The translations under genes and the position numbers were made by a program. Below are positions 19,379-31,866 of a DNA stretch of 64,000 nt, one piece after another; position 1 is the stretch's first letter, and every line of letters begins with the position of its first letter. This stretch comes from an uncultured delta proteobacterium (lineage in GTDB: Bacteria; Myxococcota_A; Polyangia; Fen-1088). The DNA is taken from NCBI GenBank assembly GCA_963755125.1, contig CAVWIP010000015.1, forward strand, positions 192,001-256,000, read 5' to 3'. The notes beneath the pieces were generated by a model. It was not told the origin of the DNA and made no database searches. It saw nothing but the letters and a program-made list of their open reading frames with translations.

Positions 19379-20299
19379 TCAACCACTTCCGAGCTTTTCG
19401 TAGAGCAGGCCCCACCGGATGCCGCGGTCGCTGACCAGCACTTGAGCTGCCCCGAGTCGTCGCACGATTTCGCAAAGGATGATGGCACCACTCAGGATCA
19501 CGTCGGCGCGTCTTGGATCGAGACCGGCCATGGCCTCGCGTTCCTTCTGGGTGGATGCACACAGGCGCTCGATCTGCCTGTCCAGTGCCGGCAGGGTCAA
19601 TCGATAGCCATGAACCAGCCTGGGGTCGTAGTTCTGCAGATCCTGCATCATGGCGGCCAGGGTCGTGACTGTCCCGGCAACCCCCACCAGGCACGGCTGG
19701 TCTGCCTCGGAAGGGAAGGGCATTTCGGCCAGATGGCCGACAACCTCGGCGCGCACGGCTGCGACTTCATCGGCAAGGGCCGGGTCGTGATGGATGTGAC
19801 GTTCCGTGAGACGGACAGACCCAAGGGGTAGGCTGCGGCAAGACTCGACCACCCCCCGGCGCGCGACGACAATTTCCGTGGACCCGCCCCCAATGTCGAC
19901 GACCATCATGGTTTGCGAGGCGGCCTCGGGAAAGGACAGCCTTGCAGCCAGGAAGGTCAAGGCGGCCTCACGCTCACCGTTGATGACCTCAACCGGCGTG
20001 TCTAGCAGGGCCGCGGCACGACAAAGGAAATCGGCTGCGTTGGGCGCCCGGCGCAGCGCCTCGGTGCCGATGGCGAAGATGGGTGCTTCGTGCACGCGTG
20101 CCAGTACCGCGTAGCCGGAGAGCACGGCCAAGGTGCGGTCGATTCCCTCTTGCCCCAGCCGACCGTTGGTGCCGATGCCGCGACCGAGCCGCGTGATCTC
20201 GGCGCGGTCTTCCAGCACGGCGATCGTCCCGCCGCTCGCCTCCGCGACCAGCAGCAGGGTCGTGTTGGTTCCGATGTCGATGGTGGCGACGCGGCTCAT
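19379..20299 (-). CDS. ppx: Ppx/GppA exopolyphosphatase
   Basis: IDIGTNT, TEALR, DIGGGSTE, RGIRWG. Confidence 0.93.
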   Translation of the reverse strand: MSRVATIDIGTNTTLLLVAEASGGTIAVLEDRAEITRLGRGIGTNGRLGQEGIDRTLAVLSGYAVLARVHEAPIFAIGTEALRRAPNAADFLCRAAALLDTPVEVINGEREAALTFLAARLSFPEAASQTMMVVDIGGGSTEIVVARRGVVESCRSLPLGSVRLTERHIHHDPALADEVAAVRAEVVGHLAEMPFPSEADQPCLVGVAGTVTTLAAMMQDLQNYDPRLVHGYRLTLPALDRQIERLCASTQKEREAMAGLDPRRADVILSGAIILCEIVRRLGAAQVLVSDRGIRWGLLYEKLGSG

Positions 20300-20320
20300 G
20301 GTCTGGCCTGGGAAGTGGGT

Positions 20321-21652
20321 TCAGCGGCTTTCGGCCGGCGGCGGACCGAACGACGGGCCGCGGGCGCTGCCCTTCCAGATCTGGAATTCCAGCTTGGTCT
20401 GCGGATTCATGGCAAACAGGCCCCCGCGGCTGGAGGCATAGACGATCAGGCGGCAGTCCGGCGACCAGGTCGGATCCTCGTTTGAGCCCTGGTTTTGGGT
20501 CATGCGCTCGATTTTCCCGGTGCGCAGGTCGTAGGTGAAGATGTCGAAGACCAGTCGCTCGTCGCGGCCGGTGAACGCGATGATGGGCGTGTCGGCACGC
20601 GGGCAGAAACGCGGGGTCTGGTTGTAGGTGCCCTGGAAGGTCAGCCGGCGCGCGCTGCCGCCCGAGGAGGGCATGAGAAAGATCTGTGGCGTGCCCTGGC
20701 GGTCGGAGACGAACGCGATCTTGGAGCCGTCCGGCGACACGCTGGCCGAAAGATCGATAGAGGGCGAGTTGGTCAGCCGCGCCTGCACGCTTCCGTCGGC
20801 GGCCGAGATCTTGTACAGTTCGGCATTACCCTCGAAGGACAGCGTCGCAACCAGCGAGCCGCCGCCAGGAAACCACGCAGCGCCCGAATTCAGCCCGGGA
20901 CGCTTCGAAATGCGGGTTGCTCGGCCACCGCCAGCCGGCACCAGCCATAGATCGTTGCCGCCAAGCAGGAACGAGGTGAAGGCGATCTGGCCGCCGCTGG
21001 GCGAGTAGGCGGGCAGCAGGCAGGGGGAATTCATGTGGGTCAGCACCGACAGCTCGGCGCCGTCCATGCCGACGCTGGCGATCTCGCGGCTCTTGCCGGT
21101 CATGGCAAAGGCGATGCGCGCCCCGAACACGCCGCGTTGGCCGGTGAACTGGGCGATGACGTCGTTGGCCCAGGCGTGGACCAGCGCGCGCAGTTCGGCC
21201 CCGTGGTAGTTCTTGTTGAGCACGGGCGATTCCCCGCGGCCCACCTGATACAGGCGGCCTTCCAGCACCAGGCCGTTTCCCTGGTGTGTAACGCCCATCT
21301 TGGCCACGCCCTGCGCCCCGACTTCAGACCAGAGTGCCGACGAGAACCCCATGCCCTCTTTTTGTAGGGTGTCGGGGAAAGAAACCGGGTCGAGCACGCG
21401 AAACAGGCCGGTGATCGACATGTCCCGCTGCTCGATCTCGGTGGCCGACCGGGCCAGGTTCCTTTCACCGACCGCTTCGGGCAGGGCCAGACGGAAGAGG
21501 TCGCGGCTGGGATCGCTGATCACGATGCGCGGCAGCTCGTCGACGTCGCCCGGGCCAGGTTCGGCCGGCGACTGCGCCTGGGCCGGCAGTGCCGCGGCAA
21601 GAATCAGCGCTACGGCGACAAGTCCGTAACCTGTGAGCGGGTGCTTCCTCAT
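20321..21652 (-). CDS. tolB: TolB periplasmic protein
   Basis: Signal peptide, TolB_N-like region, PD40 repeats (SPDGSKIAFVSDR.G.PQI). Confidence 0.88.
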   Translation of the reverse strand: MRKHPLTGYGLVAVALILAAALPAQAQSPAEPGPGDVDELPRIVISDPSRDLFRLALPEAVGERNLARSATEIEQRDMSITGLFRVLDPVSFPDTLQKEGMGFSSALWSEVGAQGVAKMGVTHQGNGLVLEGRLYQVGRGESPVLNKNYHGAELRALVHAWANDVIAQFTGQRGVFGARIAFAMTGKSREIASVGMDGAELSVLTHMNSPCLLPAYSPSGGQIAFTSFLLGGNDLWLVPAGGGRATRISKRPGLNSGAAWFPGGGSLVATLSFEGNAELYKISAADGSVQARLTNSPSIDLSASVSPDGSKIAFVSDRQGTPQIFLMPSSGGSARRLTFQGTYNQTPRFCPRADTPIIAFTGRDERLVFDIFTYDLRTGKIERMTQNQGSNEDPTWSPDCRLIVYASSRGGLFAMNPQTKLEFQIWKGSARGPSFGPPPAESR

Positions 21653-21660
21653 GTTTCTCC

Positions 21661-22392
21661 TTAGCGAGTCAGTTCCTTGCCTTCGAAAACCAGGGTGAAG
21701 CCGCGCTTGAAGCCGGCCGGGGGAGGCGGAACCCGACCGGTGGCTTTCACCGCCTGCATGCAAGAATCGTCGAAGTACTGGTTGCCTGACGGCTTGGTCA
21801 CCCGGGGATTGGCGAGCACACCGTCGGCGGAGATCGAGATTCTCACGTCGGCGGAGAGTGCCGCCAACTCGCTGTCAGAGACGAACCCGGTGGGCGTGGA
21901 CCAGTGCTTGTGTACGGCATCGTTGATAGCCGTGGCGTACTCGTCGCCGCTCACCGCATGGTTGGAGGTGCCTTCGGCTGACCCGGTGAGCGAGCCTTCG
22001 GCGGCTTCCTCGGCCGCGGCATTTTGGGCCAGGGCCTTGGCGCGTTCGAGGGCGCGGCGCAGATCCTTAGAGATGGTCGCGTCCTCGAGCTTGGGCGCTT
22101 CTTTGGGAGCGGGCAGGGCATTGGGATCGTCGGTGACCTTGATGGCATCCGGCGCCTTGGGCTTGGGCGGCTGCACGATGCGCGGCAGCCAGAACTTGTC
22201 ACGGGGCTTTCCCAGCGCCACCAGCCTGGTCACGATCATGTCGCGCGGGGCCTCGGGCCGCGGCGCCGTCTTGAGGTGGCCGTAGTACACTAGGACGACC
22301 AGCAAGGCATGGATCAGCAACGTGGCCGCGATGCCCCCCAGGAAGGTTCCGCGGCCGAGCGGCCGGATGCGGGAGTAAGCGGATACCTGCAT
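21661..22392 (-). CDS. tolA: TolA/TonB-family protein
   Basis: TM helix with His, Pro/Lys-rich linker, TonB C-terminal domain (SGNQYFD); between tolR and tolB. Confidence 0.8.
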   Translation of the reverse strand: MQVSAYSRIRPLGRGTFLGGIAATLLIHALLVVLVYYGHLKTAPRPEAPRDMIVTRLVALGKPRDKFWLPRIVQPPKPKAPDAIKVTDDPNALPAPKEAPKLEDATISKDLRRALERAKALAQNAAAEEAAEGSLTGSAEGTSNHAVSGDEYATAINDAVHKHWSTPTGFVSDSELAALSADVRISISADGVLANPRVTKPSGNQYFDDSCMQAVKATGRVPPPPAGFKRGFTLVFEGKELTR

Positions 22393-22393
22393 A

Positions 22394-22807
22394 CTATTCG
22401 AGCGGATCGGTGATGAGACCCATCTTGTCGCCGCCGGCGAGCTTGATGGCGGCCATGACCTTGACCACGTCGCCGTAGGACAGGGCTTTGTCGGCGTGCA
22501 GGTAGGCTTCGCGGTCGGCCTGCAGCTTGGCGTTGGCGCGCAGCTTGTTCTCCACATCGGCGAATGGGATCTCCATGCGCCCGATGTATACGCGTTTCTC
22601 CTTGGTCACGGTGACGATCAGCTTGCCGGTGTCGTCGGGAATGGTCTGTGCCTTGGCGTCGGGGAGCTGCACGTCCACTCCGGTCTGCAGCATGGGCGCG
22701 GTGACCATGAACACGATGAGCAAGACCAGCATCACGTCCACCAAGGGGGTGACGTTGATGTCCGACAGGGTTCCGGTTTCGCGCCCGCCGCCTGCGCTCA
22801 TGGCCAT
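22394..22807 (-). CDS. tolR: TolR
   Basis: DINVTPLVDVMLVLLIVFMVTAPM. Confidence 0.93.
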   Translation of the reverse strand: MAMSAGGGRETGTLSDINVTPLVDVMLVLLIVFMVTAPMLQTGVDVQLPDAKAQTIPDDTGKLIVTVTKEKRVYIGRMEIPFADVENKLRANAKLQADREAYLHADKALSYGDVVKVMAAIKLAGGDKMGLITDPLE

Positions 22808-22809
22808 GG

Positions 22810-23532
<723 letters not shown>

Positions 23533-23606
23533 CGGAGGAGACTCCTTTCCGACCTTGTTCTGGGACGGAACTTGTTTTTAGCTGTTATAAACCGACCAGG
23601 GATTCC

Positions 23607-24098
23607 ATGGCTCGAATTGTAGCTTTGCTTTTCGCGTTGGCAGCCACGGGATGCGTCTCCATCGATGGGGGCGCTGCCGAGGCGAGCTGGGACATCCAGG
23701 CCCTCGACGGACGTGGCATCGCGGATTGCAGCTGCACCTGCCCAGAGGTTGCCAAGGTTCGCTTCAGCGTCGTGCCCGCGGCGGGCGGCGCTGACCTGTG
23801 TGCCGGGCGAGCGGCCTGCCAGTTCCCATGTCGGGCCAAGCACGGGGCAACGCCGTTTGACATTCCCCCCGGCGACTACGCGCTGTCTCTGGTGCCCCAG
23901 GGCGCCGATGGCCAGGATCTGATCGGCACGGTCGTCCAGGACGCGGGCCCCACCTGCTCGGCACAAAGCGGCGTGGCGCCGACTTTACGTAGCATCGGAA
24001 AGGGACAGCTCACCCAACTGAACGCCGTCGTCATTCAGGCAGACTGTGCGCCGGTTTGTGGGGGCTCTGATAGCACCACGGTTTGCACCAAGCCGTGA
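23607..24098 (+). CDS. Cys-rich lipoprotein
   Basis: Lipobox ATGC. Confidence 0.7.
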   Translation: MARIVALLFALAATGCVSIDGGAAEASWDIQALDGRGIADCSCTCPEVAKVRFSVVPAAGGADLCAGRAACQFPCRAKHGATPFDIPPGDYALSLVPQGADGQDLIGTVVQDAGPTCSAQSGVAPTLRSIGKGQLTQLNAVVIQADCAPVCGGSDSTTVCTKP

Positions 24099-24184
24099 AG
24101 ACTTGCCACATCAACTAGGCTCTTCCAGGCAGCGGCATCAGCGGGCGTCCATGGCGGCCAGCCCATGGTAGCCTGCATCCCTCG

Positions 24185-24907
24185 ATGGCGTTCCCGAGTT
24201 CCTCCTACCCGATGCCGCCTTGGCTAAGGCCGCTGGCGCAGCGTATGTCGCCCACCATCCGTACGCTGGTGGTGGCGCTGGCGGTGCCGTGGCTGTTCTA
24301 CATCCTGGTGAAACCGGCGCGTAGCTTGATGGATGACTACCTGGCTCTGGGGCCGGGGGTCCTCCGGGGACAGGTCTGGCAGATCGTCACTGCGCTTTTC
24401 GTGGATCGGAATCCGCTGGCGTTTCTCAACCTCCTCGGCCTGTGGTTCGTGGGCGCAGCCATCGAACGCACCCTGGGCCGCCGCCGCTTCCTCGTGGTCT
24501 TCTTCGCGCCAGGCTTGGCATCCAATCTCGTGATTGCGCTGCTGTCGATTTGGTGGGGCCGGTGGGCGCTGTATTCGGGATGTGGGGACTCGGTGCTGGG
24601 ACTGTTCGTCGGACTGGCGGTTCTCTACGGCCCAGCTCAGGTGCGGGTGATCGGAACCATGGCCATGCCGGCGCGGGCCCTGGCTGGCATTTTCGTTGGT
24701 CTCGCGCTTGTCGGTGCAGCGGCCTACGGCGCATGGCCTGCCGTGGGCGGAACCCTGGTGGCCGTGGGCATGGCTTACCGTCTCTGCGGGGGGCGCGGCC
24801 GGGACCTGGGCGAACTCGTGTCCTGGTTGCAGCGCAAGATCGGGCGACGTCGCTGGCGGGTTATCGAGGGCGGCAAGCCGGGCAAGCGCGCGGACCGGCT
24901 CAACTAG
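24185..24907 (+). CDS. Rhomboid-family membrane protein (catalytic residues appear degenerate)
   Basis: GQVWQIVTALF, N...LWFVG..IE..LG..RFL; multiple TM helices. Confidence 0.75.
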   Translation: MAFPSSSYPMPPWLRPLAQRMSPTIRTLVVALAVPWLFYILVKPARSLMDDYLALGPGVLRGQVWQIVTALFVDRNPLAFLNLLGLWFVGAAIERTLGRRRFLVVFFAPGLASNLVIALLSIWWGRWALYSGCGDSVLGLFVGLAVLYGPAQVRVIGTMAMPARALAGIFVGLALVGAAAYGAWPAVGGTLVAVGMAYRLCGGRGRDLGELVSWLQRKIGRRRWRVIEGGKPGKRADRLN

Positions 24908-24957
24908 TCGATACATCAGACTCCTGGTTTGCAACTGTCCCGAGCACCACGTAGAAC

Positions 24958-26636
<1,679 letters not shown>

Positions 26637-26719
26637 GTGTTGCCTTCGGCTTTTCGTCCGCCATGGACAGCCACCGCATCTTTGGGTAGGGTACTGGACA
26701 TCTGTTCACGGTGTGCCGA

Positions 26720-27075
26720 TGACATCATCGGCGACTGGCAGACTCCGTTGGATCTGGCGCGGGAAGTGGTCGAGATCGTTCGGCACAATACGCCCAATCT
26801 GGCCTCCGTGCTGGAGCCGACTTGCGGCCAAGGGGCATTCTTGGACGCCGCAGCGTCGGTTTTCCCCTTGGCAACTCTTGCGGGGTTTGATGTGTCCGAA
26901 TCATACGTGCAAGCGGCGCGAGAGCGAATTCCGAACGACAGGGCGACGGTCGAGGGCGCAGACTTCTTCAAGGTGCGATGGGAGCGGGTCATCGAACGTT
27001 TGCGCGAGCCTTCCTGATCATTGGCAACCCTCCTTGGGTCACCAACTCAGCCCTCGGCGTGCTAGACGCCGGCAT
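26720..27075 (+). pseudogene. N6-adenine DNA methyltransferase remnant
   Basis: GDWQTP, motif I EPTCGQG and DFF in one frame; motif IV GNPPW in another frame (shift near 27010); truncated afterwards. Confidence 0.75.
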
Positions 27076-27190
27076 CAGCAAGGCGTTGCTACAGTCGCTC
27101 TCTCTTGAAGCCTTGTTACGGGCCGAGGGGCGCCTGCCACCCCCGAAGGCCTTGGGGTCGCAGCAGCACACGCTGGCGTTTTGACCCAGG

Positions 27191-27886
27191 CTACGCCGCG
27201 TGGAAGGCGCTGGGACAGTGGGGCGCCAGGGGACAGCGGTCGCAATCGGGCCGGCGCGCGAAACAGCAACGGCGGCCGTGCCAGATCATCTGGTGAGCAA
27301 ACTGGATCCAGCGTTCGCGCGGAATGAGTGCCATCAGATCCTGCTCGATCTTTTCCGGCGTGGACGAGCGTGTGAGCGCAAGGCGCTGAGCCAGGCGTTG
27401 AACGTGCGTGTCCACCACGACACCTTCAGCCAAGCCGAACGCGGTGCCCAGCACCACGTTGGCAGTCTTGCGGGCCACGCCGGGCAGCTCGCACAGTTCG
27501 TCCATGGTGCGCGGCACCTGGCCGCCGTGGCGTTCCACGATGGCGCGCGAGGCGCCGATGAGATTCTTGGCTTTGTTGCGGAAGAAGCCGGTGGAGTGAA
27601 TGAGTTCCTCCAGAACCGGAACAGGCGCCATGGCCATGGCGGCAGGCGTGGGGAACTGCGCGAAGAGCAAAGGAGTAACCTGATTCACGCGCTCGTCAGT
27701 GCACTGGGCGGAGAGGATGGTCGCGCACAAGAGCTGGAAGGGGTCGTCCCGGTGCAGCTCGCAGTCAGCCTCGGGATAGGTGCGATCGAGGCCGCGCCGG
27801 ATGGCCTCCACGCGCTTGCGTTCGGGCGGCCACAGGGGGCGTGGAGAGCGTGCAGTCGTGTTGCTGCCGGGCTTGGACCGGGCCAT
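27191..27886 (-). CDS. nth: Endonuclease III
   Basis: LSAQCTD, LPGVARKTANVV, VDTHV, C-x6-C-x2-C-x5-C. Confidence 0.96.
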   Translation of the reverse strand: MARSKPGSNTTARSPRPLWPPERKRVEAIRRGLDRTYPEADCELHRDDPFQLLCATILSAQCTDERVNQVTPLLFAQFPTPAAMAMAPVPVLEELIHSTGFFRNKAKNLIGASRAIVERHGGQVPRTMDELCELPGVARKTANVVLGTAFGLAEGVVVDTHVQRLAQRLALTRSSTPEKIEQDLMALIPRERWIQFAHQMIWHGRRCCFARRPDCDRCPLAPHCPSAFHAA

Positions 27887-27971
27887 ACAGAATTTCTAGC
27901 ACGATCTGCGGAGGCGCAGAGCAGAGACGCAGCTTGCGCACTTTCGGTGAACGGGCTCTAATCCGCCGGGC

Positions 27972-28322
27972 ATGGACGAAACCCCGGAGGAACTCGATCA
28001 GATCCGCCGCGAGGCCGCCGAGATCGATCCCTATCGATACCGCCGGCACAGGCGATGGCTTATCACCGTGTTGGTCTTTGCGGCCGGGGCGGGCGTGTGC
28101 TGGCTGGCCATCACGATGGCCTCGGCCGGGCGCAATCCCTGCGAGCGTGTGCGCGACCACTACTGCCGCCACGCCGTGGACCGTGCCAAGTGCGCCAGCT
28201 ACGAGAGCATCTTCAACGAATCCAGGCTGGACCAAAGTCCCGCGATGCGCAGCATGATCCGGGACCAGTGCCTCACCAAGATCAACCGGCTGAAGCAAGA
28301 GGACGGCATCACCGTCCGCTGA
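27972..28322 (+). CDS. Hypothetical single-TM protein
   Basis: One TM helix and four Cys in the external domain; fills the gap between core genes. Confidence 0.65.
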   Translation: MDETPEELDQIRREAAEIDPYRYRRHRRWLITVLVFAAGAGVCWLAITMASAGRNPCERVRDHYCRHAVDRAKCASYESIFNESRLDQSPAMRSMIRDQCLTKINRLKQEDGITVR

Positions 28323-28324
28323 AT

Positions 28325-28702
28325 CTACACCGAGAACGAGCTGCCGCAGCCGCAGGTAGACTTCACGTTCGGGTTGCTGAACTTGAAGCCAGAGCCTTGC
28401 AGACTCTCCACGTAGTCGATCTCGGTTCCCATCAGATACATCAGGCTCATCTGATCGCACAGCATCTTCACGCCATTCGACTCGAAAGCCTGGTCGATGT
28501 CTTGCGGCTGGTCAAAGTAGAGATCGTAGGCGAACCCCGAGCAGCCACCGCCCAGCACTTTGAGTCGCAACGCATAGCCATCCTGGATCTTTTCTTCGAC
28601 CCGGATCTCCCTGACCTTGTCCGCGGCTCGCGCGGTCAGGGTGACCGGCGTTGCCGGCGCTTCACCCAATGCTTCGTCGGTCTTGTTGGCGGCAGCAGGC
28701 AT
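28325..28702 (-). CDS. erpA: Fe-S cluster A-type carrier (ErpA/IscA)
   Basis: GGGCSGFAY and NPN..STCGCGSSF. Confidence 0.9.
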   Translation of the reverse strand: MPAAANKTDEALGEAPATPVTLTARAADKVREIRVEEKIQDGYALRLKVLGGGCSGFAYDLYFDQPQDIDQAFESNGVKMLCDQMSLMYLMGTEIDYVESLQGSGFKFSNPNVKSTCGCGSSFSV

Positions 28703-28777
28703 GCAACAACTCCTCTCGTGGCAAGCTTAACTCTTCTGTTTGATGCCGGCCACCCCGTCTGGGTTACAGGCTTGGGC

Positions 28778-30388
28778 TCAGAACGGCTTCGTGGACTCGC
28801 CCTGCCAGCCGGGCGAACGCAGGCCGGTGACATTCCACACGCGCAGGGCCTCGGCTTTGCCCTTTACCCGCACCGGCGGCAACGCAATCGCGGACACCGA
28901 ACCCCCGACCTTGCCATAGGTGCCCTCCGACACTAGCACCTCGCCTGCCTTGGCCAGGCTGCACAGGCGCGATGCCGTGTTCACGGCGTCGCCGATCGCC
29001 GTGTACTGAAGCGCGCGCGAACTGCCGATGGCGCCGGTCACCACCGTGCCGGTGTTGATGCCGATGCCGATCCTGATCTGCTCCTGGCCTTCGGCCGCGC
29101 GGGTGCGGTTGAACTCCGACAGCACTTGCATCATGTCGAGCGCGCACTCGACCGCTTTCTTCTCAGCGCTGGGGATGGCCACCGGCGCTCCGAACAGGGC
29201 GATGATCTCGTCGCCCACGAACTTGTCCAGGGTTCCCTCGTGCTTGAACACCACGTCCACCATCAGCTCGAAGTACTCGTTGAGCATACGCACGATTTCC
29301 GGCGGCTCGCGTTTTTCGCTCATGGCGGTGAAGCCACGGATGTCCGAGAACAACAGCGTCACTTCCGACAGGGCGCCGCCCTTTTCCAGTTGCAGCTTGC
29401 CGGCCACCACTTGTTCGACCAGGTTGGGCGAGAGCAAACGCTGGAACTGGGCGCGCGTCTTCGCCTCCTGCTCGATCTTGCGCGCCAGCATGGAGTTGTG
29501 GATGGCGGCGGCGGCCTGATTGCCCACGCCGGCGAAGATCTGCAGATCCTTCTCACCGAAGGCGTTGGTCGCCACCATGGAATCCAGGTGCATGATGCCC
29601 AGCAGCTCGTCGTGGTGGATGAGCGGCACGGTCATGGTGGAGCGGATGCCCTGCATGATGATGGAACGCGCGCCTTGAAACCGGCTGTCCATGCTGGCGT
29701 CCGAGGACAGCACGGCCGCTTTCTGCTGGACCACCTCGTTCAGGATGGACCGGGAAAGAACGATCTGCTCGGTGCGCCCATCCCGCGCTTTGGCGACGCG
29801 GGGCTGGGGAACGCCGTCTTCCATCAGCAGGATGACCCCGCGATCGGCCGGGATCAGATCGAACGCCTTCATGATGATCTTCTCGAGCAAGAGGTCGATG
29901 TCGACCTCGAGCCCGATGGAGCGACCCAGTTCGTAGGCCAGGCGCAGCTTCTCGTAGTCGCGGCGCAAGGTTTCGGGATCGGAGATCTGGCGCTCGGGCA
30001 GGAACTCGGCGGCGCTCGCAGCCCGGACCTTCTGGTGAATCAGGGCATCGGCGCTCGCGGCCTGCTGGATGCTTACCCGCTGCGCCGCCTGCGAGGCTTG
30101 GCTGGACTGTTCCTGGAAAATGAGTTGCGTCCCACCGAGTACGATCTCATCGCCTTCGACGAGGATGCGCTCACCGACGCGCTCGTTTTTGAAGAACGAG
30201 CCGTTCAGACTGCCGAGGTCGCGGTAGAGGAAATGCCCATCAGGCTGGCGGATGACCTGCGCATGTTCCTTGGAAACGATGCGGTCGAGGATCTGGATGA
30301 TGTTGTGGGGATGGCGCCCGATGGTGGTCATCGCGCCCAACTCGTACTCGCGCCGCGCGCTGCTTCCTTGAACGATTAACTTTGCCAT
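28778..30388 (-). CDS. FHA-GAF-class III adenylate cyclase
   Basis: FHA (IGR..VSKEHA..DLGSLNG), GAF, FSDIRGFT, DKFVGD, YTAIGDAVNTASRL. Confidence 0.92.
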   Translation of the reverse strand: MAKLIVQGSSARREYELGAMTTIGRHPHNIIQILDRIVSKEHAQVIRQPDGHFLYRDLGSLNGSFFKNERVGERILVEGDEIVLGGTQLIFQEQSSQASQAAQRVSIQQAASADALIHQKVRAASAAEFLPERQISDPETLRRDYEKLRLAYELGRSIGLEVDIDLLLEKIIMKAFDLIPADRGVILLMEDGVPQPRVAKARDGRTEQIVLSRSILNEVVQQKAAVLSSDASMDSRFQGARSIIMQGIRSTMTVPLIHHDELLGIMHLDSMVATNAFGEKDLQIFAGVGNQAAAAIHNSMLARKIEQEAKTRAQFQRLLSPNLVEQVVAGKLQLEKGGALSEVTLLFSDIRGFTAMSEKREPPEIVRMLNEYFELMVDVVFKHEGTLDKFVGDEIIALFGAPVAIPSAEKKAVECALDMMQVLSEFNRTRAAEGQEQIRIGIGINTGTVVTGAIGSSRALQYTAIGDAVNTASRLCSLAKAGEVLVSEGTYGKVGGSVSAIALPPVRVKGKAEALRVWNVTGLRSPGWQGESTKPF

Positions 30389-30420
30389 GCGCTGCCTTGA
30401 AAGTGGACGATTGTATCACG

Positions 30421-30831
30421 TCACCACTTGATGCGGGCAGCGTCGGTAGACGCCCGCGGTGAGAGATGGAATTCGTAGGTCTTGTCGATGAACGGGAAGA
30501 AGGCCGTGGCGACAAAGTGCGCTTCGATGGCTACCTCTTCCTTGCTGCGCGAGAAGACGACCTCCACTTTGGGATCCTTCACGCCCGCCTTGCGCAATTC
30601 CGCGGGAACCGACTTCTTGAGATCCCTGAGCATGGCCGAAGCCGTACCTTCGGGGCGCAGGTTGGCACGGTAGAGCATGGGGAGCGCATCCAGCAGCACG
30701 CCCTTGGCACGCGAAGAAAGCGAGTAGACCGGCCAGGTGCAGTAGATCACGTATCCCACGAGGCCGAGCAGCAACAGCATCGCTATGGAAATCGCGTTGA
30801 TCGCCCGGGGCTTCTTGTATTTTGTCGCCAT
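30421..30831 (-). CDS. Hypothetical membrane-anchored protein
   Basis: Start MATKYKK after GAGG; one TM helix. Confidence 0.65.
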   Translation of the reverse strand: MATKYKKPRAINAISIAMLLLLGLVGYVIYCTWPVYSLSSRAKGVLLDALPMLYRANLRPEGTASAMLRDLKKSVPAELRKAGVKDPKVEVVFSRSKEEVAIEAHFVATAFFPFIDKTYEFHLSPRASTDAARIKW

Positions 30832-30844
30832 GGTGCAGGCCTCG

Positions 30845-31768
30845 CTAAGCCGTTGAAGCAGGTTGCCGTAGGTTGCGGGCGAGCTGGTTGCGCATACAGA
30901 AGAGCCCAATTCCGACCTGGACGGCAAGGGCAACGGCTTGGCTGCCCAAGCTGGCCATCTCGATGAGTTTCTTGGCGTCGTCGGGCGTGTGGTTGGGCAC
31001 GTACTTGAAGAAGAAGTAGGCCATGGTGAGCTGGTTGATGCCCAGCCCCATGACGGAGATGGGGAGCACGGCGATGAAGTAGATGATGGGCAGGTACAGG
31101 ATCGCCTGTGACAGCGGCAACCGGACACCAAATGCGTGCAGCGATACGTAGGTGAACACCATCAGCACGCTGAGGTGAGGGATTCGCACCAAGAGTGCCC
31201 GAAGATGTCCGGACACGCCTGCGGCGAACAGAACGTCGAACACGGGGCGCGACGTCAGCCAGCGCGGCCTGAGCATCAGCAGGCAGGAATAGACGGCGAG
31301 CGCGCCATATGCGCCGAACATGATTTCGCGCAGGACAGGTGGCAAGTCCGGGGCGACCAGCAGCCCGATGGACGCGAAAACCAGCAGCAGGAGAATGTTG
31401 ATCCCCATGACCAGCAGCACGGCCGCCGTCCCGCGCAGCAGGGGAACCCCGCGCGACCGGTTCACGAAGTAGACGATGGCCCCCTGGCCCACCGTGTAGT
31501 TGACCAGAGCGAGAAGGTAGGTGGCCCCGCGCACTACGAGAACCTCACGAAAAGAGAGCCGCGTCACGAACCAGCCGAATGTCTTCCAGATGGCGAAGGA
31601 ATCGCCCAGATAGATGCACAGCACCAGCAACGCGAGCACGGGGACGGTCCAGGGCGCGGCCGCCCCCAGCGCCGCCTTCATCTGCGCGAACGACATGCCG
31701 TGAAGAACGTAGAAGAGGAGACCGAGCGTGACGGCCCATGGCAAAATTCGGCCGAGCTTCTTTCGCAT
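30845..31768 (-). CDS. Lysylphosphatidylglycerol synthase TM/flippase-like membrane protein
   Basis: ~8 TM helices, LPIS..GLG motif. Confidence 0.75.
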   Translation of the reverse strand: MRKKLGRILPWAVTLGLLFYVLHGMSFAQMKAALGAAAPWTVPVLALLVLCIYLGDSFAIWKTFGWFVTRLSFREVLVVRGATYLLALVNYTVGQGAIVYFVNRSRGVPLLRGTAAVLLVMGINILLLLVFASIGLLVAPDLPPVLREIMFGAYGALAVYSCLLMLRPRWLTSRPVFDVLFAAGVSGHLRALLVRIPHLSVLMVFTYVSLHAFGVRLPLSQAILYLPIIYFIAVLPISVMGLGINQLTMAYFFFKYVPNHTPDDAKKLIEMASLGSQAVALAVQVGIGLFCMRNQLARNLRQPASTA

Positions 31769-31866
31769 GTCTCGTGACTATCGCACGAATTGTCGTCGCT
31801 GGCTCGGTCGCGCGCGTCCTGTCTTGTGTATTTGACGCCGGGAAGCGAAACTGAAGCGAAGCACTC

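Noticed and set aside
29126..30379. 417-aa plus-strand ORF
   Set aside because: Antisense shadow of the adenylate cyclase.
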